Shown here one piece after another: positions 36,733 to 50,492 of a stretch of DNA of 64,000 nucleotides (positions are counted from its first letter, which is position 1; each line of letters opens with the position of its first letter). This DNA comes from Callorhinchus milii (Eukaryota), in the NCBI RefSeq assembly GCF_018977255.1, contig NW_024704742.1, positions 125,428,001 to 125,492,000 of the forward strand, read 5' to 3'. The notes beneath the pieces were generated by a model. It had not been told where the DNA came from and did not search any database. It saw nothing but the letters and a program-made list of their open reading frames with translations. Position numbers and translations under genes: made by a program.

Positions 36733-37925
36733 AACAATAACAACAACAACAACAAAATTACATTTATAGAGCGCCTTTCACAACGGGAGGATGTCCCAAG
36801 GCGTTGGACAGTCAGGGGTCAGGACCCAAGCATGGGGGAGGGGTGGGGTAGGGGTGAGGGAAGGCAGAGAGGTGGGAGGATGACTGAAGTCACGATTGAA
36901 GAGGAGGGTCTTGAGACCAGCCTTGAAGGAAGCAAAAGAGGAAGCAAGGCAAAGGGACTGTGGGATGGAGTTCCAGAGTGTGGGGGCAGAGAGGCTGAAA
37001 GCTCGGCCACCAATGGTAGGGCGGGTCAAGTGGGAGACATGGAGCAGGCCGGAGCCCACTGAATGGAGGCAGTGGGCAGGTTGGTAGGGAGTTAACAGGT
37101 CAGAAAGGTATGAAGGGGCAAGGCCATGGATGGCCTTGAAAGTAAGGACAAGGATCTTAAACACGATCCTCTGAGGGATGGGGAGCCAGTGGAATCGGGC
37201 AAGGGTGGGAATGATGGGGTCATGGAGTCTGGTGCACGAGAGTACACAAGCTGCAGAGTTTTGGATGAGCTGTAGCCTGTGAAGGGATGCGTTGGGAAGG
37301 CCGATGAGGAAGGAATTTCCATAATCAAGCCTTGATGTGACGAATGCGTGGTTAAGGGTTTCAGCAGCCTGAGGGGTGAGGCAGTGGCGGAGTCTGGCAA
37401 TGTTGTGGAGGTGGTGGTAGACAGTTCTGGTCATGGCGTGGATGTGGGGGAGAAAGGACAGTTCAGGGTCAAACATGACACCCAGGTTCCTGACTGGCTT
37501 AGTGAGGTTGAGAGTGCAGCTGCCAGCGGCCGAGATGCGGAGGCCTGGCGCGAGCCAATCAGAAAGGCCTCGGTCTTGCTGACGTTCAGCTGGAGAAAGT
37601 TGTCCCTCTTCCAGGACTTGATGTCGGACAGGCAGTTGGTCAGAACGCCAGTAGTCTCCGAGTTGAGGATGGAGGCAGAGAGATAGAGTTGGCTGTTATC
37701 CGCATACATGTGGAAATTTAGCCCATGTCTGCGGATGATGTCGCCAGGGGGAGCATGTAGAGGGTGAAAAGGAGGGGACCGAGGACAGAGCCCTGAGGAA
37801 CACAGTATGAGACGGTGTGGGGGCTGGAGGAGAAGCTGTTAGCTGAGATAAAGTGGTAGCGGTCTGAAAGGTAGGACTTGAACCAGTCAAGGACAGAAAC
37901 TTGAAAGTTGAGATGGGAGGAGAGG
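36733..37925 (-). mobile_element. L2 LINE 3' portion
   Basis: Minus ORFs VPQGSVLGPLLF, MYADNSQLY, TSRLDYGNS, LWNSIP; (AAC)n tail at about 36733-36755. Confidence 0.93.
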
Positions 37926-38804
37926 CAGTGGTTACCCCGCGTTAAGGGCACTATATAAATGAAAGTGTTATCATTCTTCTATTGATGCAAGGATTATTAT
38001 AAGATTATTAGTATGCTATTTTTTAGACAAATTTAGAGATGTCCTACAAGAGATGCACCTTAAAATGTCTTCCAGCTTTCTGTTGTTTGGTGCCTCTTCC
38101 ACAGTTCAGTACCCAAACAGGCTCAATATCAGCATGAATCAGCCTTTACTGTATGAATGGCAGAGTTTTACAGCCTATTTGTGCAGCTAGTATCCCAGTT
38201 TTAGTCCATGAATTCAGAGAGACTTTAAGACAGAAAATTTGTTCAAGGAACAGCATGCCTGACACCTGCAGGAAGGAAGCCTACAGAAACAATACAGCAG
38301 CAATCACCTTACTTAAAGAAGGAGAAGAACCTCAGGTGTCTTTTTTCAGTACAAATTAACCACCCGCATATATTAATATGAAAATGAAGTACATATCTTC
38401 GACTCCATCAGTCACTTTCCACCCTCCCACCCAAAGCTGCCACTGCACCAGGAGCCACTCCGTTGATGTGGGATGTAGAGACTGTATGCATTGGGCAGCA
38501 ATTGCATTGGATGAGATAGAAGATGGTGATTTGGATTAGCCTGACTGGTGACCCAGAGGCATTTGAGTTGAGAATATCTGACCTGGTTTAGTACTGCTAT
38601 GTACTGAGCCAGCACTAAATCTCCCTGGTTGCATGGCTTCTGTTTTGGCAGCTAGGCAAGTCTGAGATACAAATGGCAGGTAAAAGCTGCATTGTCATAT
38701 GTGTCATCCTACAGATGAGATGTTCACTTACACAATACAAAATACAATTTGAGGCGTCACCCCGACTTGAAAGGTGCTGTATTAAATGTATTATTATTAT
38801 TACA

Positions 38805-39060
38805 AGTTCCAATTTATGTACAGAGATTTTTAAAGATTTCTTAAAAAAACAAGCTTCCAAATTCAGACTGAATTTAAGATTTTTCCAGATTTCTGTGCAA
38901 TCTGAAATTTTAAGACAAAATGGTCTTACAGGTTAATGAGAAGGTTGAATTTAAGACATCCAATTTCAGTACAAAATGAAAAATTGGTTTATCTGTTGTG
39001 AGACAATTGTATAATAATGTAGTGGCATTCAGAACTAGACAGAAATCTAGGCCTGAAACT
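38805..39060. repeat. Remnant of an AT-rich dispersed repeat, possibly DNA-transposon derived
   Basis: TTCCAAATTCAGACTGAATTTAAGA...TTTTAAGACAAAAT recurs at about 31957-32025 and 47720-47790. Confidence 0.45.
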
Positions 39061-39599
39061 TGATGGTAGAGGGAAATTTCCTTTGTGCAGGAGAGGTTTA
39101 TTTGCAACCGAGAAAATTAGTCTTTTGGATAATAAACCAACTTTGAGCATTATTACTTCCAATTTACTGCTCCATTACCTTTAGTGTCCACATGCTGGGG
39201 AAGGCTACTTCTAATACAGTCTTACTTGAACAAACTAGTTTCAAAAGGAAAAGTCTTTATAAATAAGACATTTTGTTCACTTGCTGTGCCTTATATTTAC
39301 AGGAATGTCATATCAGAAGGAGCACCCGAACAGCCAACTAACAGCTTCAGGTTTTATTTTAAAAGCCTTAATTTAAAGCGTCACTAAAAATATAGAAACC
39401 AGGGACCCTGACTATCATCTGACAGAGTGTCCTGGCTAAGCAGAAGAGCATTACAATGCATTGAGCTCAGACCTACAGGTTAATATGAAAAGAAAAAATG
39501 GGCAGACGAGAAAAGAAAACTTGGATTCTAACTTGGATCCTTCTCAGATCTCCTTGGAGGAATATGTACAGTAATTTTTAGCAAACGTCCCTATGCCTG

Positions 39600-39840
39600 A
39601 TAATAATCCCTTAAGAAAAAAAACCCATAACAATGATAAATTGGTCACTTCTATCCATGACTGTTTTGTGGGACACTGCTGTGTGCAATTGGCTGCCGCG
39701 TTTCTTCTACAAAAAATATGCGGTCAATTCACTTTACAGTATATTCTGTGAAGCACTTTGAGACGTCTAGAAGATGTGAAAAATGCTATATTAAATGCAA
39801 GGATTGTTATTATTATTAATATTATTATTATTATTATTAT
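39600..39840 (+). mobile_element. SINE family A 3' part
   Basis: Body and long (ATT)n tail. Confidence 0.88.
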
Positions 39841-40264
39841 GCCTTGGCAGTGTGGGTTTGAACACAGCTTTTAAAGATAGTTGAAAATGTTCCATACTGT
39901 GTGAATTTGTCATGGTTTACAGTGAATTCACTTTAAAAAGTTCAAACCAATTCTCAGCGCATATATCCACAGTTGAAAGTTAACCTCACTTCAAGTACTA
40001 ACTTAACACTATTCATAATAATGCTTGCACTTGATATATATTATTGTGTCTTCGATATGTCTCAAAGCACTTTGCAGGTTTTACTGTAGTACGCCTAAAG
40101 TTAATATCCAATTTTATCTGTAGATTTGTTGGCCAGGACACCAGAACAAATACCCTTTACTTTTCGAATAGTGCCATAGGATCTTTAGCATCCACCTTAA
40201 CAGATAGTTTAATGTCTCATCTAAAGCATTGTATTGAAGTGTCAATTTTTTTAAAAAAAATTGA

Positions 40265-40420
40265 ACAATATTTAAGGCATGGATAGATTTTTAGGTAAGA
40301 GTATCAAGGGATATGGGGCAAAGGCAGGTAATTGGAGTTGAGGTACAGATCAGCCTTGATCTAATAGAATGGCGGAACATGCTTGAGGGTCGGAATGGCC
40401 TACTCCTGGTCCTATGTTAC
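40265..40420 (+). mobile_element. CR1 LINE 3' UTR
   Basis: GATAGATTTTTAG...CAAGGGATATGGG...GATCAGCCTTGATC...GAATGGCCTACTCCTGGTCCTATGTT. Confidence 0.75.
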
Positions 40421-41597
40421 TAGTAAGCCCCCCACATCAGAACTACAAACTCACATTGTGATCCTACAATGTAAGTTTGAAGTCCTGATATGGGGCTTAC
40501 TGGAGAGAAACTTATAAATGTCTGTCACCTGTCCTCCTGTGTTTCTGACCTGTGTTAGATTGACCACATAGAATATGAAACCTGCTGGAAATCCACAGGA
40601 AATCAAGAAGCCCCTGAAAGAGAAGGACAGGTTAATATTCCATCATGACCCTTCATCACAAATGAATGTCAGTATGCAGAATCCCCAATATAGATACAAG
40701 TGCATGGACAGAAAAAAGAATTGTAAACCACTATCACCAATTATTTTTGTTTCTCAGAAGGTAATTTGCTGACCAGGAAGCTGAGGAAGGTAACAAAGTG
40801 CTGTGATGTACAGCTAAGTTGAGAGCAAGCTCTTCAAGTAAGTTAAGCTGGTGTAAGCTCTTTATTTCTGGTATTAGAAAAGGTAGAGTGCTGGAGACTA
40901 GCAAGTACCTGCTCAGCTAGGGATGATCCATGACACAGAACAGCTTAGAGAAGGAAGTAGAAAAAAATAACAAATCCTTAAAAGATGGAATCAACCTTTT
41001 CGGATTGACAATTCAAGAACGTTGAAAAAATTAAAAGACTGTATGTATGGGTTGTTTTAAGATGAAATATTCACAGATATCCCAAACAGCATTGTTCAGT
41101 GCTGTAGGCTTTTTTTTAGTTTATGGCTGTTTTTTAAATAGAAATGATAATTTTATTCACCAGCACAATGTTGTGAATAGCACAATAGTTAAGAAAAAAT
41201 ATCATAAATGATAAGTGTTGTCATAATCCATGGATTTTTCTTTGGTCAACCTGACACATGTGGAAACCCATTCAATACAATATAATTTACATTTATTTAG
41301 CGCCTTTCATGTCCCAATATTCTTTAAACCCATCACTATGCTGAAGAATATCGAAACCAGACTAAGTTCCACTTATGTACATCAAGTACACATGAAAATT
41401 TCCCTGTCTCTTATGGGAGGACAAAGGTGTAATTATTTTTATGACTCAGAAAATTGTCTGTAGTCTTGGTCTGCTTTAGTAATTCATGAATGGATTCACA
41501 ATGTTCAAGCTTCAGACAGACAAGAAAGACTGGGTAAATTATAAGAAAAAATTCCTCATCCCAACATACCTAATTCTAACAGTTTTTTTTAACTTTT

Positions 41598-42022
41598 ATA
41601 ATAATAATAATAATCATCTCTGCCTTTGACATAGCACCTTATCACATCATTGAAACATCTCAAAGGATTTTTATGTGAAGTGTAGTGACTATATATTTTT
41701 ATAGGTGATACAGCAGCCAATTTGCACACAGCAATATCTTACCGACATTTACGATGCAAATTACCAATTTTATCTGGGGTATTGTTGGCTAAAACAGCGG
41801 GAGAAACTCACTTTTTTTCAAATAGTGAACATCCACCTTAAGAGGCAGATTTAACTTGGCTTATCATCTCAAGCAAAGGAAGGCACTTTCAACTATGTAG
41901 AATTGCCCCAGCAGTGCATTGGAATGTCAGCATAGACTGTGAGTCTCAAAATCCCAATGTGAGGCTTGAACCCACAACCTTCTGACTCAGAGGCGAGAGA
42001 GCTTCCAACTGAGCTAGCTGAT
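41598..42022 (-). mobile_element. Full SINE family B
   Basis: Head GCTTGAACCCACAACCTTCTGACTCAGAGGCGAGAG...CAACTGAGC, body and tail. Confidence 0.85.
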
Positions 42023-42781
42023 ACAACCTCCTAGAATTCTACTGCAGTCTGACTAACAGTTGGGGTTGTTTCATCTTTTCCCAGATGACAGTGTCATTAC
42101 TCACTTGTGTTATTCTGCTGACATTCAGTTGTAAATTCAGATTTTCCAGAGCATATAAAGAAAGAAGCAAAGCGGTCCAGAGAGGACCATGAAGTCAAAT
42201 TGGCTGCTTCAGTGTTTATTCTTTTAAAGCAAATAAAGGTCATATTAAAGGTGATGAAAACAGAGACTGTTGCAAATTGAACCCACAGCTCAGTGAATGT
42301 AGCACTCAATTCATTTCACACCTTCTACGATCTGGGGTTTCAGCCTCAGTGGGGAGTATGGCTCCAACCCATTTATGGAAAAGTGTGATGAATTTTGTCA
42401 TTTCTCAGCCAGGCTAATAAATGATGCATTCAGACATTTTAAAAAAAGAAAAAAATAATAATTTATTTGGCAGTCTTTGTATTTTACAAGGTCTAGGGTA
42501 GTGTTTGCCAATCTTATTGGTTAGCCAGCAACATAAATTTTCTTGATTGAATATTTATTCCATAAATCAAGAAATATTCAATCAAGAAAAACCTGGATCA
42601 AACCGATCAAACACGGACTTACCTTAATTTGTGTGCAAATGTTCCAGGGGTGGGAGGTGGCTTCTTGATGGCCCGGAACCAGCTGTAGGCCATGGGTTGG
42701 CTAGCACTCATCTCAGGCAACAGTCCAACAGTACAGACTGCATGTCAATCTGGCTCGGTGTGTGTCCATCTGGTTTAGTTG

Positions 42782-43495
42782 TGTCAGCCTCGCGCAGCTG
42801 GCGGCACTCTTGCCTCTGAATTAGAAAGTGATGAGTTCAAGACCCATGTCAGGGCATGGAACTCCTAATCTAGACTGACACCCAATGAAGTGTGTTTCAT
42901 TGTTGGAGATATTCTCCTTCTGATAAGATGTTAAACAACAACAAACAACAAAATTACATTTGTATAGCACATTTCACGTCAGGAGGATGTCCCAAGTTGC
43001 TGGAGAAGCAGTGTTTCGGACCCAAACTGGTTGCTGGGATCGGGGAGGGTGGAGGGCAGGGGCGGAAGGAGGGTGACTGAAAGCACAGTCGAAGAGAAGG
43101 TCTTAAGATGGATCTTGAAGGAGGCAAGGGAATGGGTGAGGTGGAGGGACTGCAGGATGGAGTTCCAGAGGGCGGAAGCAATGTGGCTGAAGGCCCACCC
43201 GCCAATGGTGGGGCGGCGAGGCGGGGACATGAAGCAGACCCTGTCTGATTAGGTGAACATTAAAGATCCCAGGGTACTAATCAAAAAGTGGAAATTTTTC
43301 CTGGCTAACAATCCCAAAAATAAAAATGGTCATTCACTTCATGGCTGGTAGAGGCAACATTGTTGTGTGCAAATTTTCTCTTGCATTTGTCTGCACATCA
43401 TTCCACTTGATAGTATATCCTGTGAAGTGCTTGGTGATGTCCCATCAATATGAAAGGCGTTATATCAAATGTAAAGATTTTTCTAATTATTATTA
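42782..43495 (+). mobile_element. SINE family B interrupted by a minus-strand L2 3' fragment (42935-43237)
   Basis: SINE head and body on either side; L2 (AAC)n tail and GGATGGAGTTCCAGAG inside. Confidence 0.8.
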
Positions 43496-45274
43496 ATAAT
43501 ACAAGAGTCAGTGCAGGAGCATTTTTGTAAAATGTTATCCTGATCCTCAGTTAATACAATACACAACTACTTTTTTTCATATTCTGAATTATAAATATTA
43601 TAGACAGTGATCTGAGGCCTTCGGTCACGCACATGTTTATTGAACAGTGATATTTATTTAGAAATGAATGTGGAGTCATAATAAAAGGCTTCTTTTCCAT
43701 GTATATGGGAGATCAGCTACAGCTAACAGTTTAGTTTCTATTAGTTCCCTAAGCATATGGACACCCACAACAACAACTTGCATCCATATAGTGCCCTTCA
43801 TAATCAGAGGCATCTCAGAGACAATGGTGGAGCCCATCTTTAATTGTTGGAGTGATGCTGATGTGTGAACACTCACATGTTTTTCCCCCCAGGCTGTTTT
43901 ACTTCCAGCTTAAACCCAGAATGCACAGGTCTTAAATTCTACCTTGTCTTTGTTTTTAATAATGCCAATGAAATGGAGATTCTAGCATAGGTAGAGTGAA
44001 ACCAGTCAGTGTTATATGTAACGGCTTTGGCAACGTCGGCCAATAAAGGGAATTCATTAATAAGCAAGTAATCCTTGCATTTGAAATTGTGCCCTTCACA
44101 TCTGGAACATGTCTCAAAACACTTCAGAAAATTTGGTGTAAAGTCCAGTGACTGTATATTTTGTAGTCATTCCCTTGTGTAATTATACATTGCCAAAGAC
44201 TGCATGTAATTTCAGCCCAAGGATTTCACCATCAAAAGATAAGCAAATTGTTTACTGAAGTTGCATTGAATTCAAAAAAATGGTGCTTTCTAATGGGATT
44301 CTTTCATAGCAGGAAATCCTGAGTACATCACAAATATCTTCTGATGCATGGGATCTCGGCTCCAAAAGCAGAAGGTGTTCCACAGGCTGGGGTGACAAAA
44401 TTCTAAGTTATTTAAGTTTCTTATTGAGGAATCCAATTAGAGATTGTTCCATATTAGACCACAATGGATTTAAACTAATCACACAAACTTCAGAAAAGAG
44501 TGAGGTGCATTTGGATTTTGCACAAGGTGCATCTAAAGGTCTATAAGCTTTTGCGTGTATTGCCTCACAAACACAACTTCTAATATTGATGCTCAGCTTC
44601 CCTAGAGGCTCCCAACCCATACCCAACACCTCCGCAGCTTTTATCTCACTGTCTGAGCACCAATGTCAGCTGTACAATTCTTCAGCAACTTGAGATCTGA
44701 CAGATGCCTGTTCTTTTTGACTAGAATTGGTGGCTATACAAGTCTTACTGGGTCACCCAGATTGACATAGAACTGTGGTGACACCACGCTTCTACCACTG
44801 GTGATCAATGCAATTCACAGAAGACTTCTTCAGATGAAGTCAGGAGAACAATTACACACAGAGAGATTGATTGAACTGTGCGAGCGTACCTTGTGCAGAG
44901 CACAGCTGATTTTGTTTCACTTCAGATTAAAGTAATAGCAGGATTTGCTGAGCTGACTCTTCAGTGCTCCAATTCTAGCAGACATTGAAATAATAGTTTT
45001 GATTTATGGATTTGTTGTTTTTAATTAATAATGTAAAATCAGTCCAAGACCAAACAATAATGCAATACAATACTGATAGACTCACTCAAAGTAAGCACAA
45101 GAATGGATCATATGAAGGTCATGTTGCAGTGGTGAGGGTGTTCTCCTCAGAAGATGGTTAAGGTATTTGAGGAGTTATTATATCCCTCAAGGTATTTGAG
45201 GGGTTATTACTTATCGGTAAATAGAGTAGATCAGCTTGTAGGAGCGAGCGAGTGTGGGATAGGTTCTAATTTGA

Positions 45275-45815
45275 ATGATCCTTGCATTTGATATGGCGAC
45301 TTATCACATTGTCAAAATGTCTCAAAATGCTTCACAGGATTTACCGCAGAGTGTAGGACTGTATCATTGTTCTACAAAAGCCCATGAAGTGAATGACCAA
45401 TTTTATTTGGGGGAATTGCTGACCAGGATACCAGTAGAAACTCCTTTCTCTTTTCGAACAGTACCATTGTTTCTTTAACATCCACTTGAGCAGGAACCTT
45501 GGATTAATAGCTTATACAAAGGATGGCATCTCCCACAATCCAGCACATCCACCAAAACAACATTGGAGTATCAAATATGAGTTCAAAGCCCCAGTGTAAA
45601 ATGTTCCATGCCACTATTTGAAAGGAGAGGAAGGAAGTTTCTCCCAATCACCAAGCAGACTGTTGGGCATTCATGGATGCATGTGGGACTTTGCTGGTGC
45701 AAATGGCTGCTGTGTTCACCCTGAACAGTCATTTCACTTGACAGTAATTACTTGTGAAACAGTTTGAAATGTTTTGATGTAATAAGGCACTATAAAAATG
45801 CAAGTTCTCTCTTTA
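45275..45815. mobile_element. Adjacent SINE B copies (minus 45275-45598; plus 45604-45815)
   Basis: Tail and body motifs in opposite orientations. Confidence 0.7.
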
Positions 45816-46793
45816 TTTCTGCATTTAGTGGCTTAACACTGCTGGACAGGGGCTACTAAGGAAAAAACATTTGTGTAAAACTACCTCTGATGAGACATCA
45901 TGAAGTTCCACTCCAGTGACATTAAGAAAAGGGGTGGCTCAGATAAAGCATAAAGCACAATAGTAAATGATGACAGAGAGGCATTAGTAAGATTCCTGAG
46001 GACAGAGGTCTCCTTTTATGACACTTAGAATTATGTGACAACTTAATGTGCCTTTCTTGCATTTATCTCCATCTTTTTACATGTTTGTCTTTTTCTTCTC
46101 CATAACATTGCCTAGAACACACTGCGGTGCTGGAAAAAAAATAACATTACAGCAATACACCTACAAAGACATCAGGATAGCTTTATTTTTCAACTATTAG
46201 ATATAACTTACTGAAACAAATGCAAAAAACACATTTTAAATTAAAAAGAATACAGTGTATTATATTTTCCTTTCATTTGCCTTCCCTATTCTCTCGCTCT
46301 CTTTTTTTTTATTTTTACTTATTTTTTTGTTCTATTGTTTACTGTTGTAATATTTTATTCATGTCTACTTCTAAATTTAAATCTTTTTTTCCAGCTTTCA
46401 CTGGGCATTTTATTAACATGGTAACAACCCTGTCCTTCAGATGAGAAGTTAAAGCCAGGTGCAGATGAACTTTAAAGATAAATAATAATTCTTGCATTTG
46501 GTATAAAGTCTCTTGTACCCTTTCTCAGGAGGACCTCTCAAATCTCTTCATAGGATTTACTTCAAAGTGCGGTGACTGTGTATTTTGCAGACGAACACAT
46601 TTTATAGAAGATATGATTCGAAAAGAGAAGGGTGTTTCTTCCCAGGGCTCAAAGCAAAAGTCCTCCAGAATAATAGGTTATTGTGGGATCTCACTGCCAC
46701 AAATCATTGCCAAAAACCTTTAAAAACAGTCACTATACTTAGCAATAATTACTTGTGACGCAATTTTAGATATTGTTGTGTACTAAAATGCTT

Positions 46794-47158
46794 AATAATA
46801 ATAATCATCCTTGCATTTGTTATAGCATTTGATCTTAAAGCTCTTCACGGAATATACTGTAAAGTGAATTGACTGTTTATTTTGTGGGCAAAACCCAGGA
46901 ACCAATTGTGCACAGCACTATCCCACAACCAGTCGTGGATTGAAGTGACCAATTTATTATTATTATTATTTATTTGAAGGAATTATTACCACCGGAAAGT
47001 CGATCCGTCAATTAACTAACAACCATGTTCCTACTTACTCCTAGGTAAACAGAGGCGTGTGGAGTAAAGAAACTTCCCAACATTTTGCCCTGCCAGGGAT
47101 CGAACCCAGGTCTCTTGCTTGCAAAGCGACTGCTCTAACCACTGAGCAACAAGAGTCC
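46794..47158 (-). mobile_element. Full SINE family A (long form)
   Basis: GGGATCGAACCCAGGTCTCTTGCTTGCAAAGCG head, CORE-like segment and tail. Confidence 0.9.
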
Positions 47159-49459
47159 ACAAGTTTTACAGTGGCAGTTTCAAGGCAGAAGGAGACAATT
47201 GGGTCTGTCCAGCTTACCCATACCCTATCCAACTTCCCATAATGAGTGGTGGGAGCAAATCTAATATTGAGCCAGTGTAAAGCTAACAGGCTGTAGATGG
47301 CCATGTTGTACCATCACTGTGGTACAAGTGGTCAGTCATCGACCAAATATTCCTATCTAAAAGAGGAATTGGATGTCATAAAAGTGAATGCACATCTGTA
47401 ACATCCAAAGAGGATTAACCCTAAACATCTCAATAAGCCCACTGTGCCTTGTCACATCACACATGGACTTTTCCTTGCTCCTTGTCCACACTCCTTGCTG
47501 TTTTCTCTAGCTCCATCATTCACAAGCTGCAATTCATCCAAAACTCCACTGCCCACATCTTCACCTGCACAAAACTCTGCACTCCCATCATCCGTTCCTC
47601 ACCAGTTTCCACTAATGGGGTGATTTTTCCTAAATTTAAGATCGCCTAATTGTGTAAGATCTAGAGGACGTGAAAAGCGCTATATCAAATGCAAGGATTA
47701 TTATTTTTATTATAAAATTCTTCCAAATTAGGACTGAATTTAAGAATTTTAATGACACTACACGATATTACATTTTAAGACAAAATAGTTGAAGCGCTAT
47801 GGGATGCAACCCCATGTGAAGGGTGCTATATATATGCAAGTTGTTTGTGTTTACAGGCTAAGACTAGAATTGCGGGCCTCAAAGGTGCAGAACTAAAAGA
47901 CACAAGTGTGCAATTAGCTGCCTTCAGCAAGCCTGGAGATGAGGTAATTTCTTTCACTGAGTAATAGCATGGCAGGCATGTGGAATCAAAACCATTTCAT
48001 GCTAGGTCAACTAGTTCCTTTTAAAAGGTTTTGGTTGATAATCCAGAATAGTATTGAATGCTGTGGGGATCAATATAAGCAGAATCAAATATTCTGTGGA
48101 GTGCTATAGCTCCATGGCTGCTGGGACTATGGAAATACTGATTGTGGAATATAGTGCATTAGGACTAAATAATGTATCCTATAATATTAGATTCATATCC
48201 TGCATCTTCACCACATTATCTTAGGGGAGTTAGTTAGAAAACCTTTCACAGAGCTTTATATTCCTGAAAGTTTTGTCTATGGGTTATGGTAAATTGGTAC
48301 TTGACTTATTGAATGGGAAAGTCTAAAGGGGATGAATTTCTTTTTTGTCTACCAATGAGCTGTGAAAAATTGTTTAAGTGATAATTATCACCATTTTTTC
48401 ACCCCACACTCAAAAAGAATGCTTCAAGGCGACTTCTAATAGTCCCATAACATACAAGAAGCTTATTGTTTACAGCTCTTTCCCAATAGCTAGTAATATA
48501 TATCTTCAAGAATATTTCAAACTTCCCTTTGAATGTCCATTCACTTCATGACAGTTTGTGGATCTTGTCTGCTGCATTTGCCGACAAAATACAGTCACTG
48601 CACTTTGCAGTAACCCCTACATGCGGGAGTCTAGATGCGGACTTTTTCCATTTCAGGCCAGAAAGGTACAAATTTTGGATACTCAGAATCCAGTAAACCA
48701 GCGGTTTACCATATATAAATTTAAATTGTATTGAATTATTTTATCGTCTTTTCCATCTGCACTCCCATCTTTAAAGGCTCATTAAACTTCTAGGTCTCTC
48801 TGTTCTGCCACTCTGCTTTGTCACAGTTCTCTAAATACTGTTGTGATAAAGCTCAGCAAAGATATTATTTATGATTCACGTGATATAAAGTTAGGAGTTT
48901 CTGGTTAGAAAATTATTGAATACTGTAATGATTTCCTCCTTTTTAATCGATGCAATATATAAATATATATATATTATTTTACCAAAAGTAGATTTATTGG
49001 ATCCACGATTATATGTGTATGTTTCAGAGTGTGATGAGTGTTATTTCTGAGCAGCTACTAACATAAACAACAAGTCACTGGGGGATATCAAGTTGCACTG
49101 TCCATGAGCTCCGCTCCTGGGGGTAAATGTCAGGCTTGAGCCACAACTAGTTTGCTCTACAGTAATCCATAGCTCCTACATTTTGTATCTGTTTCATGCT
49201 ACATGTTTAAAAACACTTTTAAAATGCTTTCAAAGTTATTTAATGAAAATTGCCAGACATTTGTAGCATAGAAATACTCCAAAACATATTTCTATACTTG
49301 CACATCCTGGATCTCTGGCTGTTAAAACTAAAATAATTTGTTTGCAATATTCAACAATAGCAATAACTTGAATTTATATATCGCCCTTCATGCAGGTAGA
49401 TTGTCGAAGCTCTTTGGTGTGGTTTGAACAGAAGGAAACGTGAAAGAGTCAGTACACAG

Positions 49460-50035
49460 TAGACTGAACAGCACAGAAACCGGATCACTCAGCTCATTCA
49501 GTCCGTGGCTTTTGTATTCCACATGAGTCTCCATCCATTCCTCATTCCCTCCCATACACTTCTATTCCCATCTCACTCAGGTCATATCTAGTTTCCTTTT
49601 AAATGGTTTCTGCTTCAACCACTGATTCAGGCAGCGGGTTCCACAATCTCACTACTCTGTGTGAAGTAGTTTCTCCTAAATTCTCTTTTAAATCCCCTAG
49701 ATGTTATTTTATACTTGTGTCCCCTGGTTACAGACTCGCCAACAAGTGGGAACAATCTATATTTATGCTATGCTTATTGAACCGATTTATAATTTTAAAC
49801 ACCTCTATCATATTAAGCTCCCCTTAAATATTTCTTCTCTAATGAAAAGGCCTAACCTATCCAGTCTATAAAGATAGCAATATCCTGCCAGCTGTGGTAT
49901 CATCCTAACAACCCTAAGCTGCACTCTCTCTATCGCTGCTAGATCCTTCTTATAGTGTGGTGACCAGAATTTGACACAGTGACCCAGAGTACTCCAAATG
50001 TGACCCATACAAATTCAACATTACCTGCAAACTTT
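49460..50035 (-). mobile_element. CR1 LINE 3' portion
   Basis: Minus ORF CVKFWSPHYKKDLAAIERVQ...RLDRLGLF, typical of the CR1 ORF2 C-terminus. Confidence 0.85.
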
Positions 50036-50309
50036 TGCTGAATTTTTTTCAAACAGTAAGTCTGTTAGAAAATGGATTGTTTGTAATAAAGGGGAGAAAA
50101 CGTACCGGTACCCCACAAGATGAAATGATGGTAACAGGGGAGGTTCCAGAAAAATGCAAAAGCCGAAAATATGAAGGAGAGTTTATTTAAAACTGGGATT
50201 TACATGGATCGGGTCTAGCAATGTACTATGTCCTCAGTATTTGTAAGTGACCACATGAAAGGTGCTATACAAATTTAATTTTGTTGTTGCTGTTGTTATT
50301 GTTGTGGTG

Positions 50310-50492
50310 AAGCTCTGGCAAATGAGTATTAGGTGCAGGTTGCCAAGAGGCAAGGCTTGGGGACCTCAGAGTGTGGGTTGGAGTACTACTGGCGTCTAAC
50401 CAGCTAAAACCACATAGCTTGCCATTGATTTTGGTGTCTGGCAAGCTTTCCCACTGCTTCTCCAGCTAGGACTATCCAACCCATTAGGGTTC
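50310..50492 (-). repeat. Family X dispersed repeat
   Basis: CTAACCAGCTAAAAC at 50396-50410, colinear with 15630-15800. Confidence 0.75.

Noticed and set aside
42140..42280. Open plus-strand stretch DFPEHIKKEAKRSREDHEVKLAAS
   Set aside because: Resembles the CR1 ORF2 linker motif (KKEIRRAKR.HE..LA); more likely a LINE remnant than an exon.
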